DNA of 58,386 bases, filler included, from Catajapyx aquilonaris (Eukaryota), in NCBI GenBank assembly GCA_000934665.2. It is 4 parts of 4 records of this genome, joined end to end, with 100 filler letters (N's around TTAATTAATTAA, not from the genome) between each part and the next. Parts side by side here need not be neighbours in the genome. Positions count along the whole stretch, not along the records: positions 28,865 to 43,925 come from JYFJ02007815.1; 3 more parts are not named here. One strand, given 5' to 3'. Each line of letters starts with the position of its first letter. The stretch's first letter is position 1. The notes beneath the pieces are model-generated. The model made no database searches, was not told where the DNA came from, and saw only the letters and a list, made by a program, of their open reading frames with translations. This document shows positions 32,301 through 44,025 of the stretch, piece after piece. Position numbers and translations under genes: made by a program.

Positions 32301-35300
32301 AAGGTAATGGACCAAACCTTACAGCCATCTCCAAACCTTATAATACCACTCAAACCACTTGACACACCACATGTACCCACAGGTTAATCCCAATGATAGC
32401 AAGAAAATAGATCCACAAGAGGACAGCATTACATAAACAATTTCACATATTTTAATTTCAATGACAGGATTTTTTAAAGTCAATTAAATAAAAAAATCCA
32501 GATCCAACCAGCACGCAATTGACCATAAGAATTCACCTACATTACGGCAAAATCATGTAAACTTGGGAATTTATAAACTGAGAACTGTTGACACATGATG
32601 TCTGATGCCATTATGCATGTAAGCATGGGATTAACCTCCCTCAACTCAGTGTTGACTTCGATTGATTGGTTGGGCTTTTAATGGCACAACACCAGTAGTG
32701 GCTATACTGCACAAGGGACAGTGTTTTGTTGTGCAGGCTATACATTCAAGTCAGAATCTAAAGTTTATGCCATTCCTATTTTAAATCACTCCTGCACTTA
32801 AATGGTTTCAGTGTGTGAAAGAGTGGATTTACTCTCTACTTCTTTATGGTTTCGTCACATGTGTTAGAACACTCACAAATCATTGGCAAAAAAATTCTTG
32901 TATTACATTGCTATACTAGAGGTCATCTAATATTACTTGATGCTTTAATTCAACCACAATCAAGTAAATTGCTGGAGACATGGTTAGTATTTCACTATTT
33001 AAGTTGCACTTGTAATCACCCACTACCTCACTACTTCACCCATGTAACTGTCTAAATTACATTGGAATGAACATGTGGAGCAAAAAATAATAATTTAAAA
33101 TATCGTAATAACAAATGAGTGTCCTTATATCTTCCCATATTGTCCTCCACAAAACTACTATACTATACTAGAACAAGATAAAGACAATACTGACACATAG
33201 TAATGGGAAATATTTAAAGCTCTATATTGTTATATTTCTTGTGGTTTTTGGCCATAACAAGGGAACAATTTCAGTCTCAACTGAGACAAAATAAAATCTC
33301 CATTATAAAACAACACAAAATTTTCACCTAGCTTCTCTTCCCTGACTTCTACCCCTTATGCCTCCCCCTGCTCTCCCCAACAATAATGAATTATTAAGTG
33401 GTCATCACACTAACTTCCTTTCTAAGTTAATTAACTTATGCCCTCTATAAGCCCACCAAGCAAAACTTTCTGTGCCTCTCCATTAGAACGTCAAATTAGC
33501 TGCATCCACATGTTCAAGTGTCAAAAGTAACTAAAAAAGCAAATCTGCCAATCACCAGGAGGCCTGCTGTTAGCAGGTGCAGGCTTTGCTGCATTAGAAG
33601 GCGCTGCTGCTATCCTCGACCTAGGTGAGTTCTGCCCTCCAATCTTCGCCTTTGCTTGGGACTGGGAAGGGGAAATTCTTTTGGGCTGGGCCAATCCACC
33701 AGCGGACCCCCCAAAATGCGCCCCCATTCCTCCTCCCCCTCCACCTCCCAGAGGATCCCCCCCTCTGGATTCCAATGGGTCGTATCCATCCATCTGGCCT
33801 CCGTAGTTTGCCTCGAAGAACTTGCGGAACCACTGCACAAACTCAAAGTTGTCCTGGAACCGACCCTTCACAAGCTTATCTACAGGGCAGATCTGTGGAA
33901 GTATAAATGAACCAAAAAAAAGGCATGGAGAGAGCGAGAGCAAGCAGTGCACATGCAAAATTAAAAATTACACCAGGAACATTAAATCTGAAAATGAGTG
34001 ATTAAGGAAGTATGGAAAAATTAAACTAAAGCAAACCATCACCGTCAAACAAAGGAAAAAATAAATACACGATGCCTGTCCATATTTCCACATTCACACA
34101 TCAGAGCTGACATAATTAGCATCCACGGATCTCTCTTTGTAGTGCCATAGTGCAAAGTATACGTTAAAGGTACATTGACAGCAAAATCAAGGACCCCACA
34201 ATAAGAAAATTAGTTTCTTTTAAACAGACACTGCAGCAATGGAAATCAAGACCAACATGTCCTAATGATCGTTGATAATAGAAATTTTCAGAGAGAGATC
34301 TGAGCATGGCTTATGAAGCTCCTCTTATTCAAGACATCAATATTGCAGTCAAGAAGTGTTACCCATGGGCTTGGCCATGGACCGGCTTGGAATGGGCCTT
34401 GGCTGCTGCTGCTGAGGAGGGGGTGCCATCATCCCCATCCCCATCCCGAGCCCCATGCCCATCCCCATCCCCATGCCTCCCCCTCCCCCTCCCCCTCCAC
34501 CCCCACCCCCAACCATTCCTACAGGGATGGCCCCCAGATGTTGGCCCAGCCTGGCCTCCATTGCATTGTAGTCACTTAGGTCATAGTTGGCATCAAAGAA
34601 CTTCTTGAACCACTGCAGGAACTCAAAGTTGTCCTGAAACCTTCCCTTTATCAACTTATCTACTGGGATAACCTGCAGTGTTGAATAAAAAATAAATCAA
34701 TGTGGGGAAAAGGGAAAAATACTGTTATCCAAATGATTAATATAATGGGGTTAGTGCCTTCCATAAGTCAAACAATAGTTCCTACACATATGAACTTCTG
34801 CAAATAAAGAAAAGTACAGCAAGTATTAACTTCTTAAAGAGTTATAACACTCAGATTTCCCCTTCTCACACGAAATTACAAAATTTCAAACTAGAGCTAC
34901 ATCTTCAAAAATATGACAGCATAACTTGCTTTTGAGATATGGAAGTCTTCTTACCCTCATTTCACAAATAAACTAACCTAAGAACAACATAGAAATGAAT
35001 GAAAAAAAAAACACTTTACACTAAATAGGCATTGCAGTATCAAGGTTGTTTGGTGTTACCATTTCTCAAAAAAATAAAAATAATAGCATTCATAAAAGCA
35101 GCATCTCGAGGCTGACCTTCACTTCTATGATGCTATATGTAACACATTCATCTTTAGAATGGTATGGTCACCTCAATGGCCAGCAATGGCTCTCAACAAA
35201 TCAACAATAAATGAACAATTCAAGGCTTGTGACATCAAGGCACTCTACGGATGAATTAATGATGTCTTGCTGCACATACATCAACACTGGAAAAAAAATC

Positions 35301-37972
35301 AATCCTTTCACTGGAACTCTACCTGTCAGTGTCTCATGCATACATTCTTCCACAAAATGGAATGTTTGCATGACTATTTCACCTTTATCCCATTTAAAAA
35401 ATATGTATATACCTACAAGTGCGAAAATTAGGCATACGGTACCCTGCATTAATGGCTATGCACAGACATCGCCACCTGTCCAAGAACGGCGGAATTAGGC
35501 GTTGGTGGGCTGCGTCCAAAATACCTGGGCAGCTCAAGATATCACGGTTGATTCAAACGCTTGCTACCAAGATGGATCACAGCGGATCACAGATATATCT
35601 ATTGGATGAATTATAAGGCCATTGCGATTCCTATCAATGTATTGAGGTAGTGAACCAGTTATTACAAGGACCCCGTTTGAATGCCCGTCCCACAAAAAAT
35701 TAAGTTCCCTACGAAATGCGTTGTACCGTATTTTTGCTACTGCGCCCCCTTAAAAAATTAAAATTATGAGGCAAATATGAACCTGCAGTGACACCTAAAT
35801 GATGTAAATAATCTGAATATAATCATACACAATGATACCTGCTTCTGAAGGTATCCTATATAACTAATTGAATGAATCATTCAACATGGATCTTTCATGT
35901 ACTGGACTGCTAACTACCCCACTCTCCAGAGTGCAAATATTATAAAATATTTTAACTACTCACCTTGTCAACATTCATCTTCTTGAAGGCAGCCTGAAGC
36001 AGCTTAAAGTTCTGGATATATTCATGCTCCAAGTTTGTCTTGAACTTCACCTTTTTCAGGATGATGCTTCCTAAAGTAAACAGAAGCAACCCATTAAATT
36101 AAATTGCTAAAGCGTAAGCTACACTCAAATAATTAAGTAAACTGTGCAGGCAAAAAGTAGTACAATTCAGTAACTCTGGAGTAGAAAGTTTCCCTCTCAT
36201 TACAATATATTTGTGTAAAAGATTTCCAAGAAAACATTAACTCTACCAGCTCAGGTTGATTCACTAAGGTAGTTGACCAGGTAAATGTGTGTAATTTTTA
36301 AAACACTATACACAGAGAGATTTCATGTCAAATGTGCCGTCTACATTCCTTAACCAGATGCTGAGTCAGGTGGCTCAGAGGTCATCAGATGTCACTGCTC
36401 CGATTATTATCTCAAGAGACTGCATATAGTGGATTTGATGTTATTCTCGGGGTTTTCCAAGATGCAGGGGCTTCATCTTGTACACAACCCCATTAATACA
36501 TCCCCACAAGTGTAAATTGTCACACAGTATGGACAAATATGGCCTTTCTTGGCTGCCCTTTGACACACTGAATAGGAATATCCAGTCTCTTGCCATGATC
36601 TGCACAATTCTCTCTGAATAATACTCATGATCCACATAATGCAACACCTCCCAGCAATATAAATGTTGGCAACTGGAAAGCTCTGGACCAAACCCAGCTC
36701 TATTTTATAAAATATTTTTTGAGAACGGCTAAGAATACACGCAACTACCTAGTGAGACTCGAATCAGGAGGCCTTCCCCTACGGGTAGCGATAGTGATAC
36801 GACTTCTAATATCTTTAGTACATCTCGATGGGATGGCAAACGACAGATTACCAAAATGTGCACTTAATATATTATATATGCGGACCACAATGGGATCTAG
36901 AAAAGGCGATAATTGGTTCGCACAGGTCAATGAAATTTTTAAAATAGCAGGCATATCACGGGAATACTGGGTCTATTCACAAGTTAAGGGGGGTTTACAT
37001 GTGGCAACGGGTTGCAGCAACCAGTTGCGCGCAATCTGAATTACACGGAGAGAATAGGAAGTTGCACCCAACCAAAAATTGCTGGAACTAGCGCCGCAAC
37101 TGGTAGCTGTAACCAGGTTGCATGCAACCGGGGATACATCATAAAGGTGGAAAATGAGTGGAGGTGTACCTGCCGGGCTTCAAATAAACAAATTGCCTGT
37201 TCAGTACTTGCGAATTCCCTTTCCCCCCCTCTTTGCTGAAGTTGAAAAAGGTCTCTAATGAAGTACAATACTGTTTTACTTCCACTATTCGGAGATTTTT
37301 CCTCGATGACAGACATAAAAATGCTGCCAGTTTCCACTTTAGGCAGGTTCCACAGTACACAAGTACCAATCTTTAAAAATTACCATGTACTCCACTAATT
37401 TTTTAAAAGTGAGCATAAGAGATCATTCCTCATTCATTTGATATTGAAATGTCTACATTGTTTACGCATGGGTTGTGACTTTAGTGGGGGCTTAACGTCG
37501 GCCTATTTCTGCCCCTAGGCTCAACACCGATGGCAGGGGGTGGTCCTCCTGCTGAAAATTTGGCCACTATGGGGATCTTAACGTGCACTCGGGCAATGTC
37601 ACAAGCACACGGGACCGACTGCTTTACTTCCCCTCCGAAGGAAGGTGCACTCTTACTTTTCTACCACCCAGAGAAAAGTCACCGACCAGATTACCTGTCA
37701 CCGCTGCAGGTACATCTTCCAGATTAATGGTGAATACTTGTGACAAAATATCACCATGATTTTCAGAAGACTGTTTAGTTATCCACCCTGCACATAGAAA
37801 CACTCTACAAACCTGGAAAGAGCATGTCCATGAACTGGCAGTAGGCTGCCCCAGTGCAGAGCTCTTCAATCTTGGTGAAGCCAGACTGCAGACACTCATT
37901 GACCCATGCCAGCATTTCATGCCGACTCAAGTTGTCCGTTGTAACATTCGTTGAATATACATTCACTGCCAT
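29307..37972 (-). CDS. EB1: EB1 / microtubule-associated protein RP/EB family, 3'-partial: exons 37813-37972, 35964-36070, alternative 34363-34672 (3A) or 33556-33892 (3B), and 29307-29431; EBH-domain exons lie beyond the contig end
   Basis: [89 protein letters not shown]|[22 protein letters not shown] is the characteristic EB1 CH domain. The last exon ends ...KMEELNAQ at the start of the coiled coil. All splice phases are consistent. Confidence 0.95.
29771..30331. mobile_element. MITE with long (about 190-bp) diverged TIRs, flanked by TA
   Basis: CAACCAAACTT...TACTCCCCTGA...CTATAGTGTTG is mirrored by CAACACTATAG...TCAGGGGAGTA...AAGTTTGGTTG. Confidence 0.8.
31531..31875 (+). mobile_element. 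tRNA-derived SINE, family D
   Basis: A box TGGCCGAGTTGG, B box GGTTCGATCTC, poly-A tail, short TSD CTAACA(GG); core AGACATTGCACTTGCACCCGTGTCCCCTCCCCAAAAATC is identical in the 54935-55281 copy. Confidence 0.85.
33556..33892 (-). CDS. EB1: EB1 alternative exon 3B (CH-domain C-terminal helices + Gly/Ser/Pro/basic linker)
   Basis: [48 protein letters not shown]...[49 protein letters not shown]; 337 nt, phase 0 to 1. Confidence 0.88.
34363..34672 (-). CDS. EB1: EB1 alternative exon 3A (CH-domain C-terminal helices + Gly/Met-rich linker)
   Basis: [46 protein letters not shown]...[43 protein letters not shown]; 310 nt, phase 0 to 1. Confidence 0.9.
36716..36980 (+). mobile_element. Non-LTR retrotransposon ORF2 C-terminal fragment
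   Basis: [22 protein letters not shown]...[11 protein letters not shown]...[10 protein letters not shown] resembles the post-RT TxNxxVxxExG..PL / RLPK / W motifs. Confidence 0.55.
37470..37700 (-). mobile_element. SINE fragment with a Deu/Nin-like central domain
   Basis: GGGATCTTAACGTGC...GCACACGGGACCG...TCCGAAGGA matches the reverse complement of the recalled Deu/Nin core. Confidence 0.55.
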
Positions 37973-39619
37973 CTTCTGCACTTAAGAATTAGCACACACC
38001 TCAAGTGTCACTGAGGAAAAAAAAAAAATTTAAATCACATATTTACAGCAATATTCACAAGTTCTTGCACAAATGCAATATTTTGTCAAAACTGCAAGTT
38101 TCAATATCACCTAATTAATGTATAGTCACTGCAAGGCATGGCACCATAGAGTAGTCAGCCAATCTTACCAGTGATATCACTATGGAATGAGTCATTGGGG
38201 ATTATAGCAGTGTAGTGACAGTTTTTCTGGCCAAGTTGAGTCACTAGCTAGCCGTTGTGTCTGGTGCTGCACTCTCATGTGCTCAATCCTCTCCAGTTAC
38301 TGGTTCTATTTTTATATCAGGCTTCAATGAAATTCCCACCTTCCCCAACAGTTCTACATAAAGCTACACGAAATCTGTCAACACACATGAATGACTCAAC
38401 TATGCTTGCTGAATCACCGGAGACAATTAATGCTATGCAAGCTATTCATTGGGGCACTCTTGCCTTTTATCCCTACTGAAAAATGAGCAGAAAACCCTGC
38501 AATAACTTGCCAATCTGACAACAATACTGGAGGGGAGGGAGCATGTGCAAATCTGCCAGTAAATACTTTCTAAGTAAAAGCAGGAAGACGTGTGTCTCAG
38601 GAAACCAAGGGGTGATGATCAACTCAATTTCACTGGCCAAAGTAGCTAAATGATTTAGCTATGCATATAAAGGAGGTTGTCCTCCTGGATAGATGAACTG
38701 GCCTTCTAGATAACCATCTAACTGAAGAATATCATTATTGTTCTCATTATTGTTCTCACATGTCACCACAACTACTCTAAATGCCTCTGCAAAGCACACC
38801 TTTCTGCTGTAGATGTGGTCTCCAAATAGTTTGAGGAAATCTGTGCACCCATTTCGTGGGTTTTACAGTTAAGTGTTACATTTGTTGCTTTGCATGGCCC
38901 ATGTAGCTGAATCTAATTCCTAACTTCTCTCTCCTTCCCTCACAAATGCCTGCAAGACACATTTAGCCCTTTCTCATGAAAAATAGCAGAAATTGAATTC
39001 GCCACTTTGGCTACCTGAGACTTCACATGAAACATTTACAGGGCACTTGCTGAATGGGCATGGACTGTCACAGATTGTTGCAGAAATTATTACCTATTTG
39101 GCAAAGGTTTCAACACACTGATTATATTAAATTGTAATATTTGCACAAGATATAATGTAGTGGTTCTGACGCTGTGCATTTTGCAGGTCCACATCACTAG
39201 TGACACTTAGCAGTTAAGTACACATTTCATTTCGTAGCAGTTCCTGCTTAGAATTGTATAGTCCCCATGTGATGCGTCTGCTGGTGCATAAAACATTCCT
39301 CCAATTTTTGCTGTACATGACTGCATCACAATCTTTGAAATCTCAAATGCTACAGCTGCTTGGAGGAGCCCCAAACGAATAAAGCAGAACGGAAAAATAA
39401 CTGTCTTTTCCAAGTGACATGCACTCACACCACTCTGTTCCCTCTCCTGGTCCTGGAGAGATCATAAAATAACCAACTCTGCAACACCCTGTGACATTAC
39501 AACCTGTGGCCTCAAATGGGTTGAGAATCAATCCCTGTGGGAATATCTCCTTGACACAACATCCGTACCTTACAAAGGTCGATGCAACGTAATCAGGTGA
39601 TGCAAAACCCACTCTAAAA

Positions 39620-40110
39620 TCGACCTGTCATTAGTCCTGGGTACGACAACTGCCTGATGTAGAGTCCTCCCCCGCGCCTGATGCGAGCCCCTTCCCTGCC
39701 CGCAGCATCCGCAAATCCACGTAGAGCGGATGCGGCCTGTGACCGCCCGGCCTCACCACTCCGAAATAGGAAGCGGCAGGCAGGGAAGCAGCCAAGTGAG
39801 TGTGTCGGTTGGTCAGCGTGACGTGAGTGACTAATGCTCCTAGGCCTAGCGAGGAATGGAAGGAAGGAATGGGAAGGAGCGGGGGGGGAGGAGGACCCGG
39901 GGCCGGCGAGGAGCGTCTGGCTTGTTGCAGGAGGAGAACGGCCCTGGGGGCGGAATGCGGGCAGACTTTGCCCCAGAGTAGTTCCATCCACAATTCCCCT
40001 ACAGAATATTTACCTGCGTGACACGACCCGACTTGCAGTGGACTCGCAGTGGGGCACCTCCAGCCGGGGGGAGAGAGGAAGGGAAGGGAGGGAGGAGGGA
40101 TGACGTCACT
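39620..40110 (-). promoter_or_regulatory. GC/CpG-rich candidate EB1 promoter or 5'-UTR exon region
   Basis: Locally high CpG; CRE TGACGTCA at 40101-40108; GC box GGGGCGG at about 39947; minus-strand donor CAG|GTAAAT at 40014/40013. The EB1 ATG exon has an acceptor 3 nt upstream of the ATG and so needs an upstream exon. Confidence 0.4.
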
Positions 40111-40567
40111 CAGAATGGGGAGCCGAATTAAACGTCGCTAATGTTGTTCAGCAGCTTATAGAAGGTAGCGGCTGTAGTAGAGAGTAACCTGCTACATGCT
40201 ATTACTACAGAATTTTGCCTACCTACTATTACGGATTTTTTTCCCACCCTCTCTCGTAGCACTTTGGCCATCCGTATACCCCACAAAGTGACATCGATAG
40301 GGCTTAAAAACACAGTAATGTTCTTGACTTTTTTATTATTTTATGTTTAAATGGGATCGTGGAACAAACACTCTGGTCGAAAACTGTGGTTGAGGAGGTA
40401 TCGTTCGACTTTCGTTTCACCCGCTCCTTTTGTGATTTTTGCGTCATCTGCATGCAGATCTTGACAAAATTAATGTAGGCCTACATCGACAGAGCTTCAA
40501 AACTCAGTGAAAGTTATCTAAGAGCTAATAACTGATGATAATAAGGATGTACGTATATAGATATCGA

Positions 40568-41893
40568 CTAGCAGGATACCCGGCGTTGCTCGGGTTATGA
40601 AATACTTTTCCATGTAGGTGTAAGTCATTGATTTGGTAGTAACCTTGGAAATAATTATGGCTATACAATGTTGGCATACCTGTTACATGGAGCATATTGC
40701 ATGTGCATGAAGTCCAAACACCAAACTGCGGATGTCAGATTGTAAGAGAGAGTACACAATACGCCTTAAAAACCCAGCAAAAGTATGTCATGAAAAATGG
40801 AAGGTTTTGAAGTAAATGTAGAATAGCATTGAAAGACTGGCACCTCTCTTAGTCATTCCCCAACCCCAAAATGGCCAATCTGGCCTGGATGACTGTGCCA
40901 GCAGGCAGCTATGGGGTCGCTGGAGAACTCAGGGGATCCACCACGTTAAGGTTAAGGCGGCGCATTAGTAAAAATACGGTAGGTGCATTTTTGAGGGAAT
41001 TTTATATTTTTGTGGCGAAACGCACCGTTAATCGGAAAAATCACGAAGAAGGTGCCCTGCGCAAAGGTTTGGCCTTTACTATATGGTACCATACTCGATA
41101 TGATTGCATTAAAATTGTGGACATATGGGCGCAGAAGCTTTCCCTGCCGCATGTTATTCAAATGGACATTTGGGGAACGCCATTTTCCTTTCACTTGAAC
41201 TGGATGAAAAGGTTACTTCTAGGCCGAAAATGGTAAAATGACGACTAAGGGGCCCTGCGCCAGATCATGTCATATTTTTTGGTGTAATTTCTGTGTCCAT
41301 TGCACCATTTTTGCGCCCGTACGGCCGCAGAAGTGTGGACATGTCGAATCCCCATAATGATGCTGCCCATGCATAAGCGAGTGTGTTTAGGTCGTCTCCA
41401 AGGGCTTCATTGTTACCGGGTTTTTTTTGCTAATGCGCCGGTGTAGATTATGGAACTGCTTGTAGAGCGCGATGGAACGTCGTTGCCGTGGGAACGGTTT
41501 TTTTTTTGTTGCGTTTGTAATATAATGAAATATGGGCCTCTTTACACGTTCCACAAAGTTGAAGCAACTTTGTTGCATGACGTCACTGCAACAAAGTTGA
41601 CCGTGTAAACGTGCAGGCTCCACAGTTGAAAGNTGGCATTTGGCATTTAGTGGTTGCCTCGGTAACCCAAGACAGGTGATGTTTACAGCCAATTGCTCAT
41701 TGTTAGAAGAGTGTTCCAAAGTCCTTTTCGCCTCCTGTGGCCAAGGATGACCTCGGAGGTGAATTCCAATGTGCCTATGTTATTCCCGGTAAAAAACTAC
41801 CCCTGGTGATACCCCTGGGGCATATGTGGATGCCTCCGTATGGATCTGTTTAGGTGACAAAAGACAGACATAGGTCTTAAAATATGTATTAGA
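40568..41893 (-). mobile_element. Non-autonomous Helitron, copy 2
   Basis: Reverse complement of 23291-24626 with the same TC...hairpin-CTAG ends, inserted in an AT dinucleotide. Confidence 0.85.
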
Positions 41894-42921
41894 TTAGAAG
41901 ATAGGCCTACATATAATTCATAGGCATCGGCATATATATTCATAGGTATCTCCGGGAGTAATTTGGAAAGGTGCGTGTGATGATTAAGATTAATGCCATA
42001 TTTTCGTTGAGGTTTTTGTCGGGTCCCTGTGGCACACAGGGTTAGTCCAATAAGGTTCACAAACCCGTCAGAAATGCCTGCTCAAGGATGTATGTAAATG
42101 TGCAATGCGACAAGATGCGGGATGTGAAGTCGCCAGAAGGGCATCATAAGTTCATAACAATCAGTCGGACATGGACGTGTTTAATGCCAAATCATGATGC
42201 CCTTCGCATTCTGGTGATAAATAAATTACATAGCAAGATACCTTGCGATACCTTGAACCCTATGTGTGGGGTTTAAAACTATCCAGTCGCAAAATTGCGA
42301 GAGGAGAGAAAACATGTTGGTGGAATTTATTATTTTTGTTGCCATACTTTTACTGTGGACTTATAAGAGGCCTTCTGGATTCCCACCAGGTATAATATAC
42401 AGTATTTGACACAATGTTTTCTATCGGTTACATTATTCAGCACATCTGACTGGCGAACTAACTTCAACTATTAAGTTGCACACACGCTGATACCCATATC
42501 ATTATTATTAGGCCTATAACATAAAGAGAAGAAGATTATATTGTAGCACACATAGTTCGTTGATCTGCTGCCTTTCGGATGTTCATTATATTATGTAGTA
42601 TGTATACATGCATCACATCGAAGCACAGAATATGATAGTCTACTAGTAACTAGTAATGTTGATTAAATAAGAGGCAATGCCCAGTTTATTTACAACTGTT
42701 ACAAGTAAGCTACTGAAGTTATTGAATTAGTAAATGTTTTATGAGAGAGTTCTTCAAAATATTGGAAGAAGGATTCTCCCTCCAGAAAAGCTTAATTGAT
42801 GCAGTAGGCCTAACATGAGGAGTTCGAAAGGCTGTACCACAATATATTCTGGCCAGGAATGTTGTCTCGCGTCAAAACACAAGGAAGAAAGCCTATTATT
42901 GTGTGACAATTCACTCCTATA

Positions 42922-43502
42922 CAGGGTGGTCGGTAAATGGCGCACAAGCTTCAGGTAGAGAGATTGCTTGTGAAAAATCAGTATATGGAAGTGAAGGTCA
43001 TATTGCTCTACGTGGCCTGGTTAGGGCTCACGAGGTCCCCAAAGTTTGGGCCAAATCATGACGTCACATCCGCCCGCGAAATTCAAACACTACCGTATCG
43101 CTCCCGTCCGCGGTGCGTTGCCAGGGGTTGTCATATTGACATCCCCCACATTTTCCCCAAACAATGGAACCGTATAAACTCGCCGGGACATTGCCAAAGC
43201 ACGCGGCGACGAAGGTATGGCAATGCCTGGCAACGTCCCGGCCAGTTTATACGGTTCCATTGTTTGGGGAAAATGTGGGGGATGTCAATATGGCAACCCC
43301 TGGCAACGCACCGCGGACGGGAGCGATACGGTAGTGTTTGAATTTCGCGGGCGGATGTGACGTCATGATTTGGCCCAACCTTTGGATGCCTCGTGAGCCC
43401 TAACCAGGCCTCGTAGAGCAATATGACCTTCACTTCCAGATACTGATTTTTCACAAGGGATCTCGCTACCTGAAGCTTGTGCGCCATTTACCGACCACCC
43501 TG
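42922..43502. mobile_element. 581-bp palindromic Tc1/mariner MITE
   Basis: TA|CAGGGTGGTCGGTAAATGGCGCACAAGC ... GCTTGTGCGCCATTTACCGACCACCCTG|TA; arms of about 280 bp and a spacer of about 20 bp. Confidence 0.92.
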
Positions 43503-43925
43503 TATAAGAATGTGTCCCTTATATGAGTGTTATTCTTCATCTTAACATGTTGCATTAAAACCTAAAGAACATAAACACTTTGTCATAAACTCATAATAAT
43601 GTGATGAAATGTATTTTTCACAATCACAGTGAAGTCATTTTTTGTAGCACACTCTGTATACAGGGTGTATCTGAACTCAGTGCCCCGACGTATATGACTG
43701 CCTTCCTAGCCACCAGAGGATCGATTTAAGTATAGGAGTCATATGTGTGGGCAGCCTCATTACTGAGATACACTCTTTAGCGATTTTTGCCTAATCGCTC
43801 CTTCTGACTTTTAAATAGAATTTTCTAGTGTAACTAGCCAAAGAGGCCTTACCACCTGTGGGCAACAAACCAACAAAGTCCCGCCCCCAGACCTTCCAGA
43901 GCCTTCTGACTGGGGGAGGGTTCGA

Positions 43926-44025
43926 NNNNNNNNNNNNNNNNNNNNNNNNNNNNNNNNNNNNNNNNNNNNTTAATTAATTAANNNNNNNNNNNNNNNNNNN
44001 NNNNNNNNNNNNNNNNNNNNNNNNN
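43926..44025. other. Artificial contig linker
   Basis: Same 100-bp N/TTAATTAATTAA spacer. Confidence 0.97.

Noticed and set aside
28059..37972. EB1 nested in a dymeclin intron on the same strand, or a DYM-EB1 fusion
   Set aside because: An artificial linker (28765-28864) separates them, and no upstream DYM exons were found beyond EB1.
42937..43487. Twin ORFs (MAHKLQV...) on opposite strands
   Set aside because: Artefact of the palindromic MITE; no recognisable protein motifs.
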